Source: Antedon mediterranea
Lineage: Eukaryota; Animalia; Echinodermata
DNA: 64,000 bases
Reading direction: 5' to 3'
Assembly (NCBI RefSeq): GCF_964355755.1
Contig: NC_092677.1
Location: 24,229,175-24,293,174, forward strand
The notes under the pieces are model-generated. The model searched no databases. It worked only from the letters and a program-made list of their open reading frames with translations, and was not told the DNA's origin. Of this stretch, positions 25,501-37,067 are shown one piece after another (positions within the stretch are counted from its first letter, which is position 1; the number at the start of each line of letters is the position of its first letter). A program made the position numbers and the translations under genes.

Positions 25501-28500
25501 AAGAAGTTGAAGCAGAACGGCTTCTTCTTATTGCCAGTAAGTACTTTGAGGTGACCGTCAAAATGTCGCCATTGTCATCACAACTGTTATCTAGTTCTAG
25601 TTGTCCCATGACCAAGATGATTGTAGGGGTGTAGCAGATGTGATACATTAGTAGTACTAATATACACAGGCATAAGCCATATCTCCCAGTGGTGCTTATC
25701 TCCTCTTCGGTCTGGCAGGGTTCTTACAACTGGGTGTCCAACCACTAAAGGAGTTGATTAAAAAAATTGGCCTGAACACAATGATTAGTAATTGATAAAC
25801 TAATTTGTAATCTTTAGCTCAGAGACGCCTTGCTTGTTTGTCTGAGATACAACGGCTAAAGAATCAAGGATCACGTGCACACAAGTCTTCAAGTGAAGAA
25901 GAAGGATTGACACCATGTCAAGGTTCAATTACAGTCCGTGACATCCGTCTTCCTCTCAAGACCGAGTATATCTTAGCTGTAACCTCTGGCCAAGGTACTG
26001 TATTTATAAAATTCTTTTTATAATTTGTGTTATGTTATTGTTTGTTTTTGATATTTCATGTTATAAATTTTACTAATAACTTAAATATTGTATTAATTCA
26101 GATTTTGCTGTGACCACAATATTTTGTCATAAACTTTTAAATAAAAATCATCATTCATTTGTGACCCGATCTCGCAAAACCCTCTCTTTGTCGGCAATTC
26201 AAAATTCACGTAATCAGTCAAAATACGTCCAATTCGACTACCCTGGCAGATTACATGTTTTTGCATTTTCGAAATATTTCACTATTTAAGAATACGTCTA
26301 CCTGATTTAAACTCCCGAAATGTATTTAAAATTATGAAAAAAATAAAGTTTTAAAAACATGTATTTTCCTCAAGCCTAACAATTTATTCACGATCTACGC
26401 TAAAATTTTGCGTAAATTCAGTTGAAAGTTGCTGAGTTTGACGATATTTTGATCGCCAGTTCGCTGCACAATGTTGAAAGGTCACACATCAAAATAAAGC
26501 TCATCCATTTGACATTCCAAATATGGAAGTTTTAGGGCGGAGTTTAAAGAAGGAACCAATGAAATCTTTGATTTACTATGACATAATTTCAGAAAATTCG
26601 GTTCTTCGAAGTTTCTGGAACAGCGAGCTGCGTGTGTTGCTATGGCGCATCATCGCAATAACAAACGTTATTGGTCAACGCGCTAGATGTTATACGCTCT
26701 ACGCGCGGAAATAAAAAGTTGTTTACATTTTTGTGAGGTTATTTTCATTTTACACACAGCATGTCGTAAATTGGAATAAAAACGATTTTAATATTCAAAG
26801 TAAAGTGTTCGGCGTGTTCTGCAATAGCTGTAACCTGTATTTGTTTATTCCATAGTAAAATAGACAAGTCAAAAACAATTCATAAATTCAATTGTATTTT
26901 CTATATTTTTTGGGCTAGGCCAAGGCCTTAATTTTATTATGGTTGTAGGCCTAGTACTACTGGGCCTAGCTTTATTGTCAATAAATAGTTTTCTTTATAC
27001 ATTTTATATATCCAATCGGCTCTTAATTATTTATTTAATTTATTGTCCAGTCCATTCATATTAAATGTTTTTTTTAAATCATTGGATTCAAGTCCAAACA
27101 TTACAGCGAATCTTCCACGTTATAAAAAAAATAAATGTATTAAATCGTCAATACAATGTTAGTAGCTAGCAAGCTGTGACTCTGCAAGGCGCCAAACTTG
27201 TCTAGGCTAGTTTACTACTAACGCCGGCCCAGTGTCGATGCACCGCTGCCATACACGGCTTGATGAACACCCATCAGTAAAGTCTTACAGGCGATGACGG
27301 CGAAAATCTGAATAGGCCTAGCTAGGCCTAGGCCTGCTTGGTTTTTCGCTGTTGATATCGTAAACACCTACGAAACCAGTTAAAATAAGCTTGACGTTAT
27401 ATTGCTGCTTTTCAATAGTGCAAAATAGTTAATTCGAGTGACTAAATAGGTTAAAACGGGGTCTGAAATCAGTCAAATTGACTATGATGTGCACGCTGCT
27501 ATTATATCGCACACACTTCCTGGTATGACGTCATTGTGCCTTAGACCAAAATACCGCGTTGCTACGGAGTGAGTTTTCAGCGCGTATCAAAAAAAATTTC
27601 ATTGCAAACTTCAAACGCGATTTTCTCGTAAACTAATTGAATGATTTGTAAGTTTTTAAAATGTGATAACTTTTTAAATATTTACTCAATTTTTATGAAA
27701 TTAACACCACTACAAAGCTTATGATTAAAATTATCCAAATATATAAAAAAATACAAAATGAATATTTCCGACAAAAGTAGGGTTTTGCCAGATCTCGGGT
27801 CACATTTATGTCCGTTTAGATTTAAAAAGATCGAATAGGCTCACATGTTGTTTTTTTTTTTTCGTACATAAGTTGGAGACCCCTTATGAAACGCCACAAA
27901 ATATACATAAATAATTCATTATTCATGCATAAGGTGTGACATAAAAATTTATCTCACTACAATTCACTAAACAATGCATTAAGCCACCTGTAGTCGAATG
28001 ACTTAGACTATGAGCTGTGCATGTCGATGTATGGAGTTCAATCATATGATCAACGTCTTTTTTACTGATAGTGAGAAAGATTATTTAGAGCGTTAAGTTA
28101 TGTTAAATAGTAGGTCGGTTAACTTTCACATAAGGAGTCCCCAACTTTGGTTTAAAAAAAAATCATGTACTTGACTATGATTTATTGTACATGTTTTGAA
28201 ATTTAATGTATCTTCATTTCTGTTTCTATTAGTAGACCGTCCTCATCACTTTTTCTTTGTACTTGTGAGGCATGGAGCTAAGGTGATAGCCAGTCAGCTT
28301 CTGTCGTCACGTAAAGGCTTGTCTGGGGATTGTTTGCCCTTCTCTAACATGATGGCCTTGTAAGTATATAAACTAAATTCATTCACATTGCAGAGCCAAA
28401 TAATTCAATTTATTTCGTTTATAATTTACTTTCAACAAATAAAAATTATCAGATAAATATTTTTCAATTTAAAGTATCAATAATAATATTAATAATTTCT

Positions 28501-31500
28501 CATCACAGATTTCCTCATCTTTATCGTTTCAAATTAATTAATTAAAAATTTCAGTATATCACCGGGCGGTTTAGAATTAATGTTCATTGCCTGATGTGTT
28601 TATATATATAATTATATATATAATAATTATAACATAATAATTTCCAGTTAATCACCATTTTTAATTGTTTAAAATAATCAATTGTCATTTGTAATAAATA
28701 GTTGTATTATGGAGATTTAGAGAATTCTAGGTGGGCGTAGATTTGTAGGTGTGTAAGAAATAAATGTAACGATACTTACAGAAATTTCGTGGTTGCTTTG
28801 GTGGGTAGGCCTACTGTGTTAGGCTGGAGGGGATGGTTAGTCCTCACAGCTAGGCCTAGCTAGTGACCACTACATGCTATAAAGTAGGCAAACACGTCAG
28901 TATTTTATGTACATCTTTTGGTCCCGTACCGTATGTAGGTTCTACTGTATAATAATGTGTTGTTTTTTTTCTAGTAATGATCTGGATGGTAATTTCATGT
29001 TGGAGGTCGAAGTGTACCAACTAAATCTAAAGCGAATTAAACATGATGTTCCTGAGAAATCTAAAGGATTCTTCTCTAACATTACCCCAAAGAAATTAAA
29101 GTCAGTTAGGGTAAGTAATGGAACAAAAAGACAAATAAACGTCACGATAAGCAATAAACATATTCTCATAACAATCAAAATATGTGTACTTTTAGGCAGT
29201 TGTTGAATTGTTTATTCTTAGATTTTTAAACCATGTCGGTACATGTGATATTCAAAAGATTAGAAAAATAATTGGAATTATTGTATTAATTATAATATTG
29301 AATATTTCACTACCTAAAATAGTTGAAATGAAGAGGACATTTATCTAAAAGAAGTACAAAGTATTCAAATTTCAAACAAAATCATTTGATTAATAACTGT
29401 TTTTTGTCTCACATGGGCACATAAGGCCAGTTTGGTGATGGACCAATTGCCTTGTTGTAACTTCACTGCCTCACATTAAGGCCTGGCTCCGGCTCCAGTT
29501 CATATTCGAGTCAGATTACGCATACAGCATTAGTGACTTCATTTTCATAATGCATTGCGCAACTATGTGCATATCAAGTAAAAAGATTGCCGCATAGCTA
29601 CGTGGACTATTGTGAAAACATTGTGGTTTGATTTTATTGACCAGAGCAGGTGTGAAAAACACGTTACTCCAGAAGGAGCCTACACTATTAAACTGTATGT
29701 GACAACAAAATGTGACGTGCTCACAGATGGACATGATGAAGTCATGTCTCTATTTGGGCATATCACTACCATATTTAGGCATATCTCACTTCTTGTTTGA
29801 TAGTGTAGACAGAGCTTAATACAACTGAAGCGTAAAGGTATTCACAACGTACAGGTTGTACTGCAAAACAAAAACCAAATGTCACAAAATTGAATGACCT
29901 CATCATGTCATAAATATGTTTATTTATAGCAGGGTGGAAGAGCTCAACACCTAACAAGTCCTGGTGGTCCCGGTGCAGTAAGAACCAGCAACTTTATTCT
30001 GGCTGGTTCTATCCGCTTGAGTCTCAACAGCATTAATACAGAGCGCTTCATGCTGTCAAAGGTACTACTATTATTGGATTTTCCGTTGTTTTATTTTTGG
30101 ACATCCCTATTTAGAACACTATGGCCAATCTCTCTTCAGGGTACACACCCCACAGGTTTTTCCTAATGTGGGTTCTACTCTATAAAGGCAGGCCTAGCTT
30201 TGTTGCTTGATCAGTCATTACGATGTGTTTATACGTTCCTTGTTGTTTTATCATGCTAATTACTTCCTCATTACATATAACCTGTCCTATTGATATATAA
30301 GTACTCTAGGCGTTGTTTACTGTTCTGATGATGAGAATAGTTTCTCGAAACATGTCAAGACATTTGAAGGCAGTTTGCCTGTTTATCAAATGCCTCACAA
30401 TTGTTATTTGAACTCATGTGTTTATACTTTTTATACAACATGTCTGTACCGTACGTACTAATGGCGAATCCCGTATTAGTGACAGAGGAGGTCCTAAATA
30501 TTTTGATGCATGAAGTAATTTTAATATCATACTGAGCAAAATTTTCAAGAAATATTTAAGGATTGTTGATTTTTATAGATGATAATTAGAATCTTCCACA
30601 CAAAACCAAACAGTCAATCATTGACTGCCTTTTCATCATTTGCAGGTTTTCAATATCATCTCAGTCTCTCCCGATCCAAAACAGACCCCACACATGTGGT
30701 TTATCACACAACAATCTTATTCATGTGACCATGTTTTTTGCAACTTATTTTAATTTAAAAAGAGGTAAAACAAGCTGTTTTAGTGTGGATGGGGGAGCGG
30801 CGGGGGCTAATTAAAGCATGTTTATTCCCTGCCTAAATTCGCACCTAAGTATTTACGAAAATAAGTGACTGCAGCATACATTTTTTTAGGGGTTTAATTG
30901 ATGTATAATTAGGGTGTAAAGTTGGTGATCACTGTAAATTAATTATTTTATACACTCCCTCACTCTTATTGTACAGGTACCGTTTGGTGCCCCTATTGAA
31001 GGTAACATCCACCTGCGAATGAGTTGCCACTCCGAGTCTCGCGTCATACAACGTGGATTCATTACAATGTTTGATGACATCAGTGGATTTGGATCATGGC
31101 ATAGGCGTTGGTTGGTGTTGGCTGGCAGCAAGATCGCCTACTGGAAGTACCCAGACGATGAAAAACGCAAGGTGGGTAGTAGGCCTAGTTAACGTTTCTT
31201 GTTGGCGTCAAGTCAATTTTCCAGATTTGCAGAATATTTCATTTATTTATTGTTTCAATTCACTTTTTAATTACCTTATTCTATAATTTTTTAGGAGCCT
31301 ATCAACGTGATTGATTTGAAGAAATGCGTGACACGAGAGGTGAGCTTGTTGACACGTTTAGTGTGTGCTAGACCAAACACATTTGAGCTCATGACCAAGA
31401 GACGAGCAACTAACGCGGATAAGTCATCTCTAGTGGAAAGTCAACAAGGCTCCACTGTCATTACTAAGTAAGTGAATACATGTTAGGCCAGTAAGGCTGT

Positions 31501-32369
31501 TTATTCAATATTTATTTATACTGCTTGACCAGTTATGATCTGTGGCTGTGTGTGTACTAGTACACCGAGGTAACCCCTACTTGTCTCGAAAGATGTACTA
31601 GGTTCTTTAAAGTGCATATGAGCCAGATGTGTACACTGGCCCTACGGTTTATAGTCCTTATCCGAGAAGACTCATTTTACCATCAGAACCATGGAGCGAG
31701 TAAGCCTCGAACCCTTGCTGAAGTTATGACTACGGTTCCACTCTATTAACCCATCGGCCACTTACTCACTTCATATACTGCCCTCTGGGTATGTGGCCTA
31801 GCAATTGTTGTTACCACGAATGCATTACCATTTGCTTTTTTAGTAAAGTTACATTATTGTTGTAAATTTGTGTGACTCGTAGCCTACTGGGCTGAATTGC
31901 GCACGAGTGTGGACGTCAAGTACACATTTCTTCTCCCCTAAGGGATGTTACCAAAATGACCAGGGCTAAAATGGACTAAAACACCAAGGTGACCCCTTTT
32001 CTCCAGGAAGATGCACTGGTTTCTTTAAAGGGCACCAGATGTGTACACTAGACCTCCAGTTTTAAGACTTGTTCTACCACCAGAACAATGGTTGAGGAGA
32101 GGCTTAAACCTTTGCCGAATGCATAATAGTGTGGATATTAAATGTGTAAAAATTATAATTGATACTTATTCTTACAGTATTATGATTATCCTCACTGATA
32201 GTTAATGTATTCTGTTATCCCTTTTAGATTCTGGTTATCAGCTGATAGTAAAGAGGAACGTGAAAAATGGATCCGCAAATTAAACAAGTCGCTTATTGAC
32301 CTTCGAACTTGGAATCGTGATGCTGCTAAACCACTCGATGCACCTAAGCCATCTGAAACAGATTTATAG
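19586..32369 (+). CDS. ANLN: Anillin (actin-binding cytokinesis scaffold with anillin-homology and PH domains), about 1032 aa
   Basis: 17 phase-consistent exons: 19586-19603, 21529-21661, 21811-21924, 22223-22404, 22506-23249, 23633-23719, 23819-23963, 24210-24421, 24861-25106, 25401-25536, 25818-25994, 28233-28359, 28975-29110, 29930-30061, 30977-31171, 31295-31467, 32228-32369. Motifs MDDFTEKLLERTRAR, RFAALAADINNWVDD, EEVEAERLLLIA, SPGGPGAVRTSNF, GFITMFDDISGFGSWHRRW, CARPNTFEL, WLSADSKEER. Confidence 0.96.
19858..20543 (-). mobile_element. Probable non-autonomous Helentron/DINE-like (HINE) element in ANLN intron 1
   Basis: Subterminal inverted pair agtcgcgtg (19871) / cacgcgact (20531), terminal hairpin agtcgc..gcgact followed by an A-run, and a short (gacc)n microsatellite near that end. 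Confidence 0.5.
20636..20835 (+). mobile_element. tRNA-derived SINE with a Deu/Nin-like central domain, 5'-truncated
   Basis: B-box gggttcgag, then ggataaggactataaaccgtaggtcc...tttaaaga..tttcgagatgagtagggggttaccccggtgt, which resembles the Deu domain; homologous inverted copy at 31540-31770. Confidence 0.7.
25150..25293. mobile_element. ~145-bp MITE, family copy 2
   Basis: Same TIRs and internal atatggtagtgatatgacatcat as 18264-18418. Confidence 0.75.
26161..27803. mobile_element. Non-autonomous TIR DNA transposon, ~1.64 kb, possibly Sola1-like, in an ANLN intron
   Basis: Imperfect ~35-bp TIR gtgacccgatctcgcaaaaccct..tttgtcgg / ccgacaaaa..agggttttgccagatctcgggtcac, flanked by ATTT on both sides. 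Confidence 0.75.
29680..29817. mobile_element. MITE, family copy 3, opposite orientation and degenerate left TIR
   Basis: Right TIR tttgatagtgtagacagagctt; internal catatcactaccatattt is the reverse complement of the interior of copy 1. Confidence 0.7.
30321..30362 (+). ncRNA. Minimal type I hammerhead ribozyme motif of a second family, in an ANLN intron
   Basis: tgtt-CTGATGA-t-GAGAA(tagt)TTCTC-GAAA-CATG-TC^-aagaca: intact core, 5-bp stem II, palindromic ACATGT stem III, bulged stem I. Confidence 0.68.
31540..31770 (-). mobile_element. tRNA-derived Deu/Nin-like SINE, near full length
   Basis: Minus strand has A-box-like gtggccgatggg, B-box gggttcgag and the same central domain as 20636-20835. 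Confidence 0.75.
31980..32120 (-). mobile_element. Degenerate third copy of the same SINE family
   Basis: ttctttaaag..ccagatgtgtacact..ttctaccaccagaac aligns by eye with 31540-31770. Confidence 0.55.
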
Positions 32370-33492
32370 ATTTTATTACACATTAACAATTTACACTATC
32401 TATATTTGTGGATGTCATACTCAATTATTACAAGTTTTTATATTTCATCACCGCGTAGTATGTTAAGCAATGGTTAGTAAATCAGCTTTCAATATCCATT
32501 ATTCCTTATATCAAAAATTAATCTAAAATGGTGTAAAAAAAATGTAACATAATATATAATTTTCTAGTAGTAGGCCTAGCTATTGAAAATTAGGGTTGGT
32601 TAATAAATTTCTGAACATTGCTTTGAACTAATATTATAGAATAGGCAATATGTATGTCTGAATTGAATTAGACAGTACCACCACATACAGCATAGGTATT
32701 GTCTATTTAGTGTTGGCAAATAACACCTGTGTGGTATATGATCAATATAACTAACAGCGACTGGCCATCTCGTTAATTTTTATCAGTTACAGGTCTTATT
32801 TTAATACATTAATAATGCATAATCATAGTACATTTATGAATATATAATATTTTAACATTCTTATTTTTTATTAAATTGTAGTATTAGGCAAAAGAAAATT
32901 ATTAGTGTGATCTTTGTTACAGTAGTGTTTGGTTTGGCATGGTTAAATGGGTTTATATTCAATATTATACCATTAATTTACAAATAATTTTGAAAGTTTT
33001 ATGTAATCTCTTTGCATTTAAAATGTAATGCTGTACCCAAAAAATGAGGTAGTTGCATTGTATGATCATGTATTTCTTTGGAAAAGGTCATGAAAATAAT
33101 TGTGTTTAATTTGTTAGGTACATTGAAGTATGAAACGTTAACGGTATAAAATTGAAACGTTTGGTTGACATCTGTGCAATACAGGAAATCGGGAAAGGTT
33201 TAAAAAAGTAAAGAAAAGAAGGGGTTTTGCCATAACAATCATTTGTATATATTTGTATATATTAGCTGATCAGAAACTAATCAAATAGTTAATAATTATT
33301 ACCCATTGTCATTGTATCATAATTACTTCTTCATAGTAATCAACTTTCAATGTATGCACTAAATTTTTATGAAAAAAAAAGTGTTTGATATTATTTATGT
33401 TATGCCATGTTTCCACATATAATTGGTTGCCATTGTAGATTGTGATCCCACAGTTTTAGATACATTTCTAGTCATTATTTTAAAATATAGAT

Positions 33493-33657
33493 ATATAAAT
33501 CCAAAGGCAAATTACTGAAAAAATGACAATGCTGTGGGTATCAGTGGCTGGATGTCATTGGAGATACAAAAAAAGCGAAAAGCTAAATCAAAACGATCAA
33601 GTAAACAGCCAGAAAAGTTAGCAGAGCTTTCGGGCAACACTAGCCCTTCATCAGTGC
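33493..33657 (-). mobile_element. Solo copy of the hammerhead-bearing module (ribozyme motif at 33621-33657), bounded by (TA)n
   Basis: Near-exact reverse complement of 6882-7047. Confidence 0.8.
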
Positions 33658-34273
33658 TATATATATATATATATATTTGCGTTCTTCGCCTCTGGATTAG
33701 TACGAAAACAAAACGGCTACAAAAATCATAATGTTAGTTCCTGCAAATTTTGTAATGTCACATAATAAATAATTGCCATATACAGTATGGAATGCGCATA
33801 TATTGGGTTATTATCTTTTTCGAAAAATGACGAAATATGCACTTTTCAAAATACTATTATGCAATAAAATTGCTATACCTGCCCTTATATTGCTTTATTA
33901 TCATCTTATAGACATAGTAACCATTTATGTAAAACAAAATAAGAATCGAAAATTGGCGATTTTTCGAAAAAATCCCTGTACAATAAATATTTTTTCGAAA
34001 AATGCCAAATACTCTTATACCAATAAAATTGCTATACATATATTGCGTTACTATCATCTTACAGACGTATAATAATCATTTATGTCGGAAAATGACAAAA
34101 ATATGCACTTTTTAATATACTGTTATTGTGCAATAAAATTACTTATATATTGCGTTATAAGATTAAGATGATGTTAACACAATATGTGTGCATAAATGGC
34201 AATATTATAACATAATTATTTAATTAAAAAATATTTGGCCATTTTCGAAAAATTCCATGTACTATATTTATAG

Positions 34274-34342
34274 TAATAATAATAATAATAAACAGTATTT
34301 ATATAGCGCCTATGGATCACTGACCCCTCTAGGTGCTTTACA
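34274..34342 (-). mobile_element. L2-type LINE/SINE 3' tail fragment
   Basis: Minus strand tgtaaagcacctagag..ataggcgctatataaatac followed by (att)n resembles the L2-clade 3' stem-loop and tail. Confidence 0.6.
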
Positions 34343-34949
34343 TAGGACCTTAACTAATGGTATATGTGTATAAATGGCAATATTATAGCACAATTATTGA
34401 ATTTTTAAAAAAGGAAAATGGTGTCATTTTTAGAAAAAATTCCTGTGGTCTCCCGCAGGAAAATTTTCAAAAAATGGCAAAATTTCGACCCTTTTATTTT
34501 ATGACATAACTAGTTACTATGGCTCAATAAGATGATGTTTAGCACAATGTATGTGCAAAAATGGCAATATTATAGCATCATTTTTAAATTTTAAAAAGTG
34601 GAAAATTTGGTCATTTTCGAAAAAATTCATGTGGTCCCCCGCAGGGAAATTTTCGAAAAATGGTGAATTTTCGACCATTTTATTTTTTGACATATAACTA
34701 GTTACTATGGCTCTATAAGATGATGTTACCACAATATATGCGCATAAATGGCAATATTATAGCATAATTATTGAATTTTAAAAAGTGAAAAATTTTGCCA
34801 TTTTTCGACATATTTTTTTTTTCACATAACTATTTACTATGGGTCTATAAGATGATGTTAACACGATATATGTGCAATATTATACCACAATTATTGAATT
34901 TTTAAAAAATGGAAAATTGTGTCATTTTTCGAAAAAATCCCTGGAAATT

Positions 34950-35695
34950 TACGAGATTGCATAGAAGTAAAATGCCACCCAAAAAGGCAGAAGAAATAGT
35001 TGCAACTGAAACAGAAAACGTAGGCCAAGATATTCGGCAATATGGCGAACATTCCCGGACACCAGGCATGACGCGGATAAGAATGTGCAAGGTTCAGTCA
35101 GCTCGGAAAGCGAAATTGAAGAGAATTCAGCCAGTAATTTTGAAAGGTTTTAGGAGCACACTTACTGCCGTAATGGAAGTACAAATCAAAGCAACCGGAT
35201 TAATTCACATTTCTATTGAAAAGAGTTGAGACATTAACTGAAGAAAATAAAACACTAAGAGACGATGTGTTCAGGCAGGCCATTTAATTAAAAGTTTTGG
35301 AACGTTTTACAAGAAGTAACTTGTTTTACCAGAAAAAAATAACTAACGCCAAAGACGAAATTACCATTTGGAGGTACGTAATTGTTTTAAATGATTTTAT
35401 TGAACTCACTTCTATCTACAGTAGTGTTAGGTTGGAAAATGAAAGCGCCCTTTTACTGGACAGGTTCAAAGGTATGTTTTTTTTTACTTGGCTCTCAATG
35501 ATTTGAAAAGATAAGAATACGAGGCATTTTGTTTACGGCGTCGCGATGCTGGGGAGAGCTGGTTATTTTGCATATTGTATTGGTTTTCTTTTCTCTTAAA
35601 CCAGATGATGCGATTTGCACGCCAGGTTTTTTTTTTCTCCGGACTACAATGATCATTTGTTCCGGACTATCGGGTCGGATCCCGACGATAACTGT
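34950..35695. other. Unidentified ~740-bp non-satellite insert, possibly a decayed transposon fragment
   Basis: Interrupts a monomer; higher GC; short broken ORFs (MPPKKAEE..); GC-rich hairpins near the right end. Confidence 0.4.
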
Positions 35696-36668
35696 TTTTA
35701 TTATGTTTATAACTAGTTACTATGGCTCTATAAAAAAATGTTAGCACAATATATGTGTATCAATGGCAATATTAAAGCATAATTTTTGGAATTTTAAAAA
35801 GTGAAAATTTTGGCGATTTATCGATAAAAAAATCCTTTGGTCCCCCACTTTTATTTTTTGACATAACTAGTTACTATGGCTCTATAAGATGATTTTAGCA
35901 AAATATATGTGTATAAATGGCAATATTATAGCATATTTTTTTAATTTTAAAAAGTGAAAATTTTGGCGATTTTTCGGAAAAAAAATCATTTGGTCGCCCA
36001 CAGGGAAATTTTCAAAAAATTGCCAAATTTCGACCCTTTTATTTTTTGATATAACTAGTTACTATGGCTCTATAAGATGATGTTAGCAAAATATATGTGT
36101 ATAAATGGCAATATTACAGCATAATTATTTAATTTTAAAAATATATGTGTATAATTGGCAATATTATAGCATAATTTTTCGAATTTTAAAAAGTGGAAAT
36201 GTTGGCCATTTTTTGAAAAAAAATTCCTTTGGTCCCCCGCATGGAAATTTTTAAAAAATGGCCAAATTTCGACCCTTTTATTTTTTGACATAACTAGTTA
36301 CTATGGATCTATAAGATGATGTTAGCAAAATATATGTGTATAAATTGCAATATTATAGCATAATTTTTGAATTATAAAAAGTGGAAATTTTGGCAATTTT
36401 TCGAAAAAAAAATCCTATGGTCCCCCACAGGGAAATTTAAAAAAAATGGAAAAATTTCGACCCTTTTATTTTTTGACATAACTAGTTACTATGGCTCTAT
36501 AAGATGATGTTAGCAAAATATATGTGTATAAATTGCAATATTATAGCATAATTTTTGAATTATAAAAAGTGGAAATTTTGGCAATTTTTCAAAAAAAAAA
36601 TCCTATGGTCCCCCACAGGGAAATTTTTAAAAAATGGAAAAATTTCGACCCTTTTATTTTTTGACTAA

Positions 36669-37067
36669 AGGCCCATTCACACTAGCACGATAACGATCGA
36701 CGATAAGAGACAATAATTTGCATTTTTTATACATAAAATAAAAGAAATGTAAAACCTTTTCATTCTAGAACTATAGAATAACCATCTATGCTTCCTTTGA
36801 TGAAAATTATATTTTCACACGTCCAATCAAATGACGTCATGATTAGTAAGAGCAATAATATCGTGACAATACAACGATTTTATTGTTTTTATGTATCATG
36901 ACGTCATTTGATTGGAATTTTAAAAATATTATTTTATCAAAGACAGCATAAATGATTATCATATAGTCCTAGAACGAAACCCTTTCTAATTTCTTTTGTT
37001 TTATGTTAAAAAAATGCATGCTTATATATTTATCGTCGATCGTTATCGTCCTAGTGTGAATGGGCCT
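36669..37067. mobile_element. ~400-bp fold-back MITE (PIF/Harbinger-like ends) inserted in satellite 1
   Basis: 38-bp TIR aggcccattcacactag(c/g)acgataacgatcgacgataa with one mismatch; interior also self-complementary (ccaatcaaatgacgtcatgat / atcatgacgtcatttgattgg); target duplication imperfect. Confidence 0.85.
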
